In this document: positions 56,039 through 63,846 of the stretch, piece after piece | How the letters are laid out: every line of letters begins with the position of its first letter | Position numbering within the stretch: the stretch's first letter is position 1 | IMG/VR virus record: IMGVR_UViG_2595698871_000001 | Location: 45,443 to 109,442 of that record | Length of the DNA: 64,000 nucleotides | Origin: a virus | Taxonomy: Duplodnaviria; Heunggongvirae; Uroviricota; Caudoviricetes | Reading direction: 5' to 3' (one strand) | Made by a program: the position numbers and the translations under genes | Notes under the pieces: model-generated | Seen by the model: the letters and a program-made list of their open reading frames with translations, nothing else | Told to the model about the DNA's origin: nothing | The model's database searches: none

Positions 56039-56722
56039 ACGAGGCGGTCTCCTGCTCCTAGCGCGCGCTCTCCAGCCTTTCCGAGGGCGATGCGCCGGAC
56101 CTGCTGAGCAAGGGAATCCAGAGCGAGGCAGCGCTCTGCTCCCCAAAGAGTGGGCCAAGCGGTGCGGGCGGAAAGGCTCGGGGTCCGTGGCTCCATGCAA
56201 TGCGCAGGAGAGACCGTGCTCCTTCTGACGCAGCGGGCGCCCGACGTTGCGGGTCGTGAGGCGAGGCCGGCCGAGATGATCAACGGCCTGGGGCGGGAGG
56301 GGCTTGACCTCTCCCGCATCCGCCTCTAGCGTCACCATCAATCAGGCGCAGCACTGCCTCACGATCGGACCATGTTCGGCTCCCGGTCCTGGAGCTTGGA
56401 AGCCTCACTCTGGAGCAGGACTGCCGCTGCGCCGGGGACGGTTTGGACGACGCACCCGTCCATGAGGCGAACGCCGGCCAAGACATGGCACGAGGCGTGA
56501 CGGGGACCAGAGGTCCCACTCCATTCGCCGCGCCGGCGGCAGCAAAGCTCATTGAGCGGATGGTGGCACGGGCGCGAGCCCGATTTTGAGAGCCAGCGGA
56601 GAGCCACCTTCCTCCCTGGCCCGGCGACGACGAAAGCTGGGTGGCTGTAACCGCTCGTCTGAGGGATGCGTCCCCAAGATCATCAAGACGCAAAAGGCCC
56701 CGATCTCGCGATCGGGGCCTTT
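56039..56722 (+). ncRNA. Candidate large structured ncRNA (~650-680 nt)
   Basis: Own promoter and terminator, no credible ORF, many nested 6-11 bp helices. Confidence 0.6.
56693..56722. terminator. Bidirectional intrinsic terminator
   Basis: AAAGGCCCCGATC-TCGC-GATCGGGGCCTTT. Confidence 0.85.
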
Positions 56723-56729
56723 CAAATTC

Positions 56730-56818
56730 TGGAGCTACGGGAGGGACTCGAACCCTCATAGGTGTCGCCACCAGCAGAGATTTGCAGTCCCGCGCCTAAC
56801 CTCTCGGACCACCGTAGC
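56730..56818 (-). tRNA. tRNA-Cys(GCA) with long variable arm
   Basis: GCTACGG/CCGTAGC; loop CTGCAAA; variable arm GGTG-GCGA-CACC; U73; CCA. Confidence 0.85.
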
Positions 56819-57004
56819 AAAACGGGACTGACGCCCGAAGGCCCAGCCCCGTTCCCGACGACCCAAGGGAGTGCCGTAGCTGTCCCAAGGAGCACCGTGA
56901 CGGCGTGGCAGGCGACTGAAGCCGTCAAGTCGAAGGGCTTCCGGCGCCGGTCACCCTAACCTCCGGGCTCTTGCGAGCGCGAGTGAGGTCCTCCTACGCC
57001 GATC

Positions 57005-57033
57005 CTTATAGCCGAGCCTTCACGCGTCCGCAA
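57005..57033 (-). promoter_or_regulatory. Promoter for tRNA-Cys transcript
   Basis: TTGCGG-N17-TATAAG. Confidence 0.6.
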
Positions 57034-57065
57034 CGAAAAATGTGTCGTGAGCGATGACTTTTTCC

Positions 57066-57095
57066 TTGACACCTTCGATTAGGCTCTGGTAGAGA
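57066..57095 (+). promoter_or_regulatory. tmRNA promoter
   Basis: TTGACA-N18-TAGAGA. Confidence 0.55.
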
Positions 57096-57099
57096 ACAG

Positions 57100-57465
57100 G
57101 CATCGTTGTAATTCGGACAACGGAAACGGCGGCAAGACGGGGGTGCGATTCCCCCCGCCTCCACCACCACGAGCCCCTGGCGCTGGGAGTACGCGACTCC
57201 TGGGCAGGGAGTGTTACCCTGGCGGACCATTGCTGGCCCGAGCCAAAGGTAGCCGGGGGTTCTTGATGCTGGGGGCGATCAGCTTCGATTGGCGCATGTG
57301 ACTGGAAGACGCAACGGTGGGTGACCTCCAGGCCAGCTTGCTGGTGATCGGGTCGAAGCAACAGAAATGTCGCTGCAAATGACAACGCTCCGTTCGCGGT
57401 GCGTGAAGCCATCGCCGCCTAATAAGCGGTAGAGGCGTGTCCCGGCGGACGCGCGTGTCACAAAA
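57100..57465 (+). ncRNA. ssrA: Circularly permuted two-piece tmRNA (outer ends approximate)
   Basis: T-arm plus CGCCTCC-A-CCA ending 57166; GGGGGCG at 57271 giving G3.U70; tag ANDNAPFAVREAIAA at 57375-57422. Confidence 0.92.
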
Positions 57466-57604
57466 AGGCCCTGCATCTACGGACCGGGGCCAGTCCGCCA
57501 CCCACCTTTCGCAGGCGGGGACCTAACTTCGGATGTCTGTCGGGCGATGGATGTTCACCTTGGGTCCCCGTCTTCGAAAGGTGGTCGAAAGACCGTCTAA
57601 AAGA

Positions 57605-57683
57605 CGCGGGGTAGAGGAGTCCGGTTGTCCTCGTCTGGCTCATAACCAGAAGATCAGGGGTTCAAATCCCCTTCCCGCTCCCA
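57605..57683 (+). tRNA. tRNA-Met(CAT), initiator-like
   Basis: CGCGGGG start with C1:U72 mismatch; TCTGG-CTCATAA-CCAGA; CCA. Confidence 0.8.
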
Positions 57684-57941
57684 GGACCTGAACGCCGAGG
57701 GACTCCCAAAGAACGACGGCGTGACACGCTCGGAGAGAACGAGCACTGCAATCCGGGCTATGAGACCGTGATGTAGCGGACGCCGAAGCGAGAGCAGGCG
57801 TGACACCTGGAGAGACGGGACCAGTTTTCCAGGCCGCATGCCCGGCGCACAAGACCGCAGGCTTCGGCCGTAGGGCAGTGTCAGGGGATGAGGCTAGTCC
57901 CCGGCCCAAGGGCTAGGGCATGCGGCTTGGAAAGCTGGTTT

Positions 57942-58028
57942 GGTACGGTGGCTCGACAGGTAAGGCATCGGCCTCATAAGCCGAGGGACTAGCTCCCGAT
58001 CCTGGTTCAAATCCAGGTCGTACCTCCA
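57942..58028 (+). tRNA. tRNA(CAT), Met or Ile2, with long variable arm
   Basis: TCGGC-CTCATAA-GCCGA; variable arm GGGA-CTAGC-TCCC; CCA. Confidence 0.8.
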
Positions 58029-58031
58029 AAA

Positions 58032-58070
58032 AGCAGGCGGCCGTCGGGGCGACCCGGCGGCCGTTTTGCT
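58032..58070 (+). terminator. Intrinsic terminator
   Basis: CGGCCG/CGGCCG hairpin followed by TTTT. Confidence 0.6.
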
Positions 58071-58109
58071 GTCGTGAATCTTGACACTCCGGGTTGAGCT
58101 AGGCATTAT
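58071..58109 (+). promoter_or_regulatory. Promoter with GTCGTGAATC element
   Basis: GTCGTGAATC-TTGACA-N17-CATTAT. Confidence 0.75.
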
Positions 58110-58137
58110 GCCGCTTGACTTTCAGGAGATTTGTGTC

Positions 58138-60831
58138 GTGGCTCGATCCACTCGTTCCGTCGCGTTGGCGCGCGTCGTCACGCCCGCGCAACTGAAGCGC
58201 GACATCCGTATTCGCCGTGCTGACGAACTGGCTGGGCCGAGCGGCCCCAATGGCGTGGTCCTGATCGGGATCACCAACGACCGCGTCATGGAAAACAGCG
58301 CACCCGGCACGCCCGTGGGCGACATCTTCACGATCCCGGCCGGCGCCGACATCGAACTGGTCACCACCGGCGGCAATCGCTTCGACCTCGTCGGCTCGAC
58401 CCTGGTCGTGGGCTCCACGCCCCTGGACCACGAGGCCACGCCCGTCGTCAACGTCCTGGTCCATGCCGAGTACGCGGGATCGACGCTGGAGACCACGCTG
58501 CCGATCACGATCCTCAACGAGACCGAGGTGATCGGCGTCACCCTCTCGGCCAACACCGTGCTGGAGAACTCGGCCGCCGGCGTGACGATCGGGACCCTGA
58601 CGCCCAACCCTGCGGACGCCACGCTCCAGGTCGTCGGCCCCTATGCCGGCTACTTCACGGTCGCGGCCGGCAACATCCTGAAGACCGGGTCGACGCCGAC
58701 CGACTACGAGACCGCGCCCAACCTGACCGATCACTCCTACCCGGTGACGATCGCCGCCACCCGCCAGGGTGAGACGGCCAATTTCACCATCCCGGTCTTC
58801 GTGCTGAACCAAGTCGAGATCACCAACATCACGCTCTCGGCCAACCACATCGCCGAGGGCTCGGGCAGCGGGACGGTGGTGGGCGGCCTGACCTCCACGC
58901 CGTCGGGCGCGACCTTCTCGCTGGTCGACAACGCCGGCTCGCGCTTCGCCCTGGCCGGCAACAACGTCGTCGCCGGCAGCGTCGCCACCAACTACGACAC
59001 CGCCACCCAGCACGACATCACCGTGCGCGGCACGATCGGCAACGAGAGCCTCAACAAGACCTTCACGATCCTGGTCGACAACGTCAACTCGATCAGCGAC
59101 ATCACCCTGACGGGCGCGTCGGTCAACGAGAACACCGCCCCCGGCGTCACCGTCGGGACCTTCGCGACCGTGCCGCCCGGCCTGCCGCTGACCCTCACCG
59201 ACACCGCCGGCAACCGGTTCGCCTTGTCGGGCAACACCCTCCAGACGGGCGCAACGGCGACCAACTACGAGGTTGCCCAGAGCCATCAGGTCACCGCCCA
59301 GGCGACGTTTGGCAGCGACACCCTGTCGAAGAACTTCACGATCAACGTGGTCGACATCGACGAGATCAACGACATCACGCTCTCGGGCAACACGGTGACC
59401 GAGAACACGGCCGCCGGCGTCACCGTCGGGACCCTGGCGTCGGTCCCCACCGGGGCGACCTTCTCGATCATCTCGCAGTCCCCGGCGGGCTCCTATTTCG
59501 TCATCAACGGCAACGCGCTCCAGACGGGGGCGACGCCGACGGACTACGAGAACGCGATCTCCCACACCGTCAACATCCGAGGCACGCGCCAGAGCGAGAC
59601 CTACGATGAGGCGTTCACGATCAACGTGACCAACATCACCGAGATCAGCAGCGTCTCGCTCGACAACCTGTCGATCAACGAGAACTCGCCGCAGGGTACG
59701 ACCGTCGGTAACTTGACGTCGTCGCCGGCCGGGGCCAGCTTCTCGCTCACCGACAATGCGGGCGGGCGGTTCCAGATCAGCGGCGGCGTGCTTCAGGCCG
59801 GATCGGTGGCGACCAACTACGAGGCCGCGACCAGCCATTCGGTCACGGTGCGCGGCACGCGCCTGGGCGAGACCAAGGATCAGCAGTTCACGATCTCCGT
59901 CAACGATCTCGTCGAACTGAGCACCATCAGCCTCTCGGGCTCGTCGATCGACGAGAACTCGGGACCGGGGACTGGCGTCGGAACGCTCTCCTCGTCGCCG
60001 GCCGGCGCGAGCTTCAGCCTCACCAACAGCGCGGGCAACCGTTTTGCGCTGTCGGGCAACACGATTGTCGCCGGTTCGGTCGCCACCGACTACGAAACCG
60101 CGACCAGCCACCAGATCACCGTCCAAGGCACGCGCCTGGGCGAGACCAAGAGCCAAAACTTCACGATCAGCGTCAACGACGTGAACGAAGCCCCGCCCGC
60201 GCCTGATCTGGACAGCTTCGGCCTGTCGGGCTCGTCGATCGACGAGAACTCGGGAGCGGGCACCTTTGTGGGCACCTTCTCCTCGTCGCCGTCGGGCGCC
60301 AGCTATGTCCTGACCAACAGCGCGGGCGGCCGGTTCGCGATCTCTGGTTCCTCCCTGGTCGCTGGCTCGACGCCGACGGACTACGAGACCGCGACCAGCC
60401 ATTCGATCTCGGTCCAGGCGACGCGCGGCGCGACGACGCTCTCCGACAGCTTCACGATCACCGTCAACAACTTGGCCGAAGGCGGTGGCGGAAGCCCGAC
60501 CCTGACCCCTGGGGTGAGCAACGGCAGCTTGACGGTGTTCGCGTCCAATCCTGGGGAGCAGGCGGTCTCGGGTTACGTGACTGTTTCGATCAGCCAAGGC
60601 ACCGGGCCTTATTCGTTCGATTGGGAGCAGGTCAGCGGCTATGCCAACATGTACGTGGCCTACGGCACCGTGAACGGCAAGCCCAACGATTCTGGCTACT
60701 TCTACCTGGACCAGGGCGATCGTCCGTCCGACCGCACCACCATCTGGCGCTGTAAGGTCACCGACTCCGTCGGCAACTACGGGTACACGAACAACGTCAC
60801 GATCCGCCTCGTCCAGTCCAGCCCGACCTAA
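58138..60831 (+). CDS. Cadherin-like repeat protein (~897 aa, 8 repeats)
   Basis: Repeated ITLS...ENS..GT.VGTL...RF...G...TDYE...H.VTV; GGAG RBS before GTG 58138. Confidence 0.85.
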   Translation: MARSTRSVALARVVTPAQLKRDIRIRRADELAGPSGPNGVVLIGITNDRVMENSAPGTPVGDIFTIPAGADIELVTTGGNRFDLVGSTLVVGSTPLDHEATPVVNVLVHAEYAGSTLETTLPITILNETEVIGVTLSANTVLENSAAGVTIGTLTPNPADATLQVVGPYAGYFTVAAGNILKTGSTPTDYETAPNLTDHSYPVTIAATRQGETANFTIPVFVLNQVEITNITLSANHIAEGSGSGTVVGGLTSTPSGATFSLVDNAGSRFALAGNNVVAGSVATNYDTATQHDITVRGTIGNESLNKTFTILVDNVNSISDITLTGASVNENTAPGVTVGTFATVPPGLPLTLTDTAGNRFALSGNTLQTGATATNYEVAQSHQVTAQATFGSDTLSKNFTINVVDIDEINDITLSGNTVTENTAAGVTVGTLASVPTGATFSIISQSPAGSYFVINGNALQTGATPTDYENAISHTVNIRGTRQSETYDEAFTINVTNITEISSVSLDNLSINENSPQGTTVGNLTSSPAGASFSLTDNAGGRFQISGGVLQAGSVATNYEAATSHSVTVRGTRLGETKDQQFTISVNDLVELSTISLSGSSIDENSGPGTGVGTLSSSPAGASFSLTNSAGNRFALSGNTIVAGSVATDYETATSHQITVQGTRLGETKSQNFTISVNDVNEAPPAPDLDSFGLSGSSIDENSGAGTFVGTFSSSPSGASYVLTNSAGGRFAISGSSLVAGSTPTDYETATSHSISVQATRGATTLSDSFTITVNNLAEGGGGSPTLTPGVSNGSLTVFASNPGEQAVSGYVTVSISQGTGPYSFDWEQVSGYANMYVAYGTVNGKPNDSGYFYLDQGDRPSDRTTIWRCKVTDSVGNYGYTNNVTIRLVQSSPT

Positions 60832-60904
60832 CGGCTTGACCACCGCGACCGATCTGCTACCTTCGCCGTGGTAGCGACGCGTCCTTCCTGACAGCAGTCA
60901 AACC

Positions 60905-60935
60905 AAAGCCGCCGGAGCCTAGCTTCGGCGGCTTT
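60905..60935. terminator. Bidirectional terminator between convergent genes
   Basis: AAAGCCGCCGGAGC-CTA-GCTTCGGCGGCTTT. Confidence 0.85.
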
Positions 60936-60936
60936 C

Positions 60937-61299
60937 CTATTCCACGACCCGCAGCTTCCGCGCGGCCTGGGAGCGCTCCATCGCCGCGTAGCGCGACACG
61001 TCCTGGAGGTGGGCCTTGGCGATGAGGTCGGGCGCGCCCACGGCCCGGAACGGTACGGCGGGGGAGAGTTCGACGTAGCGCCGCAGCAGCGGCTCGAACT
61101 CCAGGTCCCGCGCCTTGGCCAGCCGGGAGAGGGCGCCGGCGACGATCGCCACCACAAGGACGGTGGCGGGGGTCTCCTTGGTCAGGTTCCAGACGCCCGG
61201 CAAGGTCTGGCCTGGATGGAGCGGCTGGCGCGCGACATCGTCGGCGGCAGCGCGAAAGATGTTCTCGTAGGGGACGCCATCAATCATGGGTTGGGACAC
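60937..61299 (-). CDS. Hypothetical protein (120 aa)
   Basis: GTG start; phage codon usage. Confidence 0.7.
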   Translation of the reverse strand: MSQPMIDGVPYENIFRAAADDVARQPLHPGQTLPGVWNLTKETPATVLVVAIVAGALSRLAKARDLEFEPLLRRYVELSPAVPFRAVGAPDLIAKAHLQDVSRYAAMERSQAARKLRVVE

Positions 61300-61369
61300 T
61301 TACTCAAACCGAGCAGGCTGTCTACCATCTACCCTTGCTAGTAGAAATGTCGGTTTTACAACACAGACG

Positions 61370-61765
61370 CTAAATCCGCCCACCGTAGTAATCGCGCCAC
61401 ATCCCTTCCCAGTAGGCCTCATGCTCCTCGGTGCAGTGCGGACAGTAGCGGCGATCGCGGTTTGGGTCCTCGCCCTTGCCGTCCCAGTGGTAGCAGGTCA
61501 TCGAGCCGACCATGGCCAGCCGCCAGAACGTGCCGCAATGCTCGCACCCGCCCAGGGCGATGTTCTGCATCAGCCGGTGGCCGTTCCACCATGCCTGGGG
61601 CCGGCGCCAGAGTTCATAGACCAGCGCCGAGCGGATGCTGGGGTACTGGTGGAGCCCGACCTGGACGACCTTGCGCCGGCCCTGGGGCTCGACCTTGCCT
61701 CCGGCCCAGCGGTAGGTCGGCTCGTGGTAGACCTTGATCTTCGGGAGCCAGCGGCGCTTCTTCAC
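61370..61765 (-). CDS. Hypothetical protein with two CxxC pairs (131 aa)
   Basis: GTG overlaps helicase stop; CEHC and CPHC motifs. Confidence 0.7.
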   Translation of the reverse strand: MKKRRWLPKIKVYHEPTYRWAGGKVEPQGRRKVVQVGLHQYPSIRSALVYELWRRPQAWWNGHRLMQNIALGGCEHCGTFWRLAMVGSMTCYHWDGKGEDPNRDRRYCPHCTEEHEAYWEGMWRDYYGGRI

Positions 61766-63708
61766 GTGTCCATGACCTTCGCGATGTTGTCCTCCTTCTC
61801 CTTGGCGGCCTGGGCGATGCGCGCGTCGAGCGAACCGTTGGCCACCAGGAAGAAGCACATGATTTTCTCGGCCGTCTGACCAATCCGGCAGGCGCGGTCC
61901 TCGGCCTGCTCGATCAGGGTCGGCGTCCAGTCCCCCTCGGCGAACGCCACGTCGTGCGCCCGCGTCATGGTGAAGCCTACACCGGCGGCCTGGAGGTTGC
62001 AAACGATGACCCGGCAGGTCTCGTCCTCCTGGAACTTGTCGACCTGAAGCTGGCGCTTGTTGACGGGGGTCCCGCCGTAGATCATCGCCGGATTGTAGTC
62101 GGCCAGGGCCTCGGCGAGCGCCTTGACGACGTCGGAGTGGTAGGCGAACAGGATCAGCTTGTCGCCGCCGTCCAGGAAGTTCTTGACCCACGGGATGATC
62201 GCCGGGAGCTTGGCCATCCCCAGTTCGCGGCGGACGGCGGCGATCTCCTCGAACAGCACCGCCACGGCCGGCGGGGCAAGGCCCAGCACGGCGGCGGCGT
62301 AGTCGAGGTTGAGCGCCCGCGAGTTGGGCTTGTCGGGATCGCCGTCGACGCCCACGGCCTTGTCGAAACCGTAGGCCTGGGCCGTCTCCAGGGCCGCCAG
62401 CCCCAGCCGGATGTCGCGCTGATCCTCGGTCTCGTTGTCGCCGGCCAGGACCGAGGACTCGTAGAGCTTCAGGGCCTGGGTAAGCTCGTCCTCGCGCGCC
62501 ACCACCTCGCGGATTTCCGGGCTGTCGAGGAGCACGACTTGCCGGAACTTCGGGGGAAGCTCGGGCAGCACCTCGCGCTTGTTGCGCCGGACCATGAAGG
62601 TCGAGCGCAGGCGATAGCCTAGCTCCTCCAGGTTCGAGGCGCCGGTGAAGTTGTAGGCCCCGTTCTTGCCGCGCGTGTTGTCGAACCAGCCCTCGCAGTA
62701 GCGATAGCCGTAGTCGTTGTAGCTCTTGCCCAGGCCGTCGGGATCGAAGGCCTTGACGATCGACCACATCTCGATCGGGCGGTTCATCATCGGCGTGCCC
62801 GACAGGAAGACCCGCCGCTTGGCGTCGACCGGGTTGAACCAGATGTCGGCCAGCACCGGCTCGCGGTTCTCGGCCTCGGCCTTCTTGATCTCGGCGGCGT
62901 TGGCCTCCTTGCGCTTCTTGCGCACGGCCGCTTTGGAGCGGGCGTCCATCTGCTCGCCGCCCAGGATGAAGATCGTCCGACCACTGTCGGGGGTCTTGAT
63001 CGCGTGGCACTCGTCGCAGACCAGCAGGTCCCAGGGAGCGTCGTGGATTTCCTTGGAGAAGCGCTCCAGGATGTCGTAGTTGATGATCACCACGTCGGTC
63101 TTGGGCCACCAGCGCGGGTGGACGACCTTCTTGAAGCGCGGCTTGCCGTTCTTGTAGAAGCCGTCGCGCACGGTCTCGCGGTAGCGGGTCTCGGCGATCC
63201 CCACCGTCAGGCCCTTGCTGCACCAGAGCTTCCACTCGCGGCGCCAGTTCTCCTTCAGCGACGCCGGCACCACCACCAGCACGCGGCGGATTTTCTTCAT
63301 CGCGTTGGAGACGCCGACCGCCTGGATCGTCTTGCCCAGGCCGGGCGGATCGGCGATGAGCGTGTCGCGCCGGCCCGGCAGGGTGGCGAAGTCGATCCCC
63401 GCGCGCTGGAATGGCTTGAAGTCCCAGCCCTTGGCCTCGACCGCCTTGGAGATCGGCGGCCAGAAATCGCAGTCGGCCTTGTAGGAAAGCTCGCGGCTGA
63501 TGTTGGCCAGATGCTCGCGCCGCCCGAGTTCGTCGAGCGCGTTGGCCTTCCAGACCACGCCCGCCACCTTGAGGGCGACGGCGGGATTGTGGGTGATCAG
63601 CGCCTTGCGCGGCGGGCTCCAGCTAAAGCCGGCCTCCTGGAACCGCTTGCGGTCTTCCCATTCGGTGACGGCCCAGAAGTAGCCGTCTCGGTAGTCGATA
63701 AATGCCAT
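61762..63708 (-). CDS. SNF2-family helicase/ATPase
   Basis: ADPPGLGKT, CDECH, LSGTP, AGVGFTM, QAEDRACRIGQ. Confidence 0.92.
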   Translation of the reverse strand: MAFIDYRDGYFWAVTEWEDRKRFQEAGFSWSPPRKALITHNPAVALKVAGVVWKANALDELGRREHLANISRELSYKADCDFWPPISKAVEAKGWDFKPFQRAGIDFATLPGRRDTLIADPPGLGKTIQAVGVSNAMKKIRRVLVVVPASLKENWRREWKLWCSKGLTVGIAETRYRETVRDGFYKNGKPRFKKVVHPRWWPKTDVVIINYDILERFSKEIHDAPWDLLVCDECHAIKTPDSGRTIFILGGEQMDARSKAAVRKKRKEANAAEIKKAEAENREPVLADIWFNPVDAKRRVFLSGTPMMNRPIEMWSIVKAFDPDGLGKSYNDYGYRYCEGWFDNTRGKNGAYNFTGASNLEELGYRLRSTFMVRRNKREVLPELPPKFRQVVLLDSPEIREVVAREDELTQALKLYESSVLAGDNETEDQRDIRLGLAALETAQAYGFDKAVGVDGDPDKPNSRALNLDYAAAVLGLAPPAVAVLFEEIAAVRRELGMAKLPAIIPWVKNFLDGGDKLILFAYHSDVVKALAEALADYNPAMIYGGTPVNKRQLQVDKFQEDETCRVIVCNLQAAGVGFTMTRAHDVAFAEGDWTPTLIEQAEDRACRIGQTAEKIMCFFLVANGSLDARIAQAAKEKEDNIAKVMDT

Positions 63709-63719
63709 GGGTCCGCACG

Positions 63720-63803
63720 TGGTTAACGCGCGGCAATGTCGCCCATGACGACGTCACATGTCAAGATTCATGACTTGACCCAAGGCGTTAACCATGGCAC
63801 GGT
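63720..63803. promoter_or_regulatory. Divergent promoter region
   Basis: Minus GTCATGAATC-TTGACA (63759-63774); plus TTGACC with TTAACCAT at 63788-63795. Confidence 0.65.
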
Positions 63804-63846
63804 CGGGGCACGGCTGAGAGATCAGCCGGTCACAAGGAGAACTACC

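Noticed and set aside
56170-56200. RNase P RNA identity for the large RNA (GTCCGTGGCTCCAT resembles GUCCGGGCUCCAU)
   Set aside because: The GAGGAAAGUCC and 3' ACAGAA...GGCUUA P4 elements are absent.
56026-57643. ORFs across the RNA island
   Set aside because: Overlap tRNA, tmRNA or structured RNA; no RBS or protein-like composition.
57730-57820. Glycine riboswitch (GGAGAG, GCCGAAG)
   Set aside because: The CTCTCAGG strand is missing and no downstream CDS is present; kept only as an unknown structured RNA.
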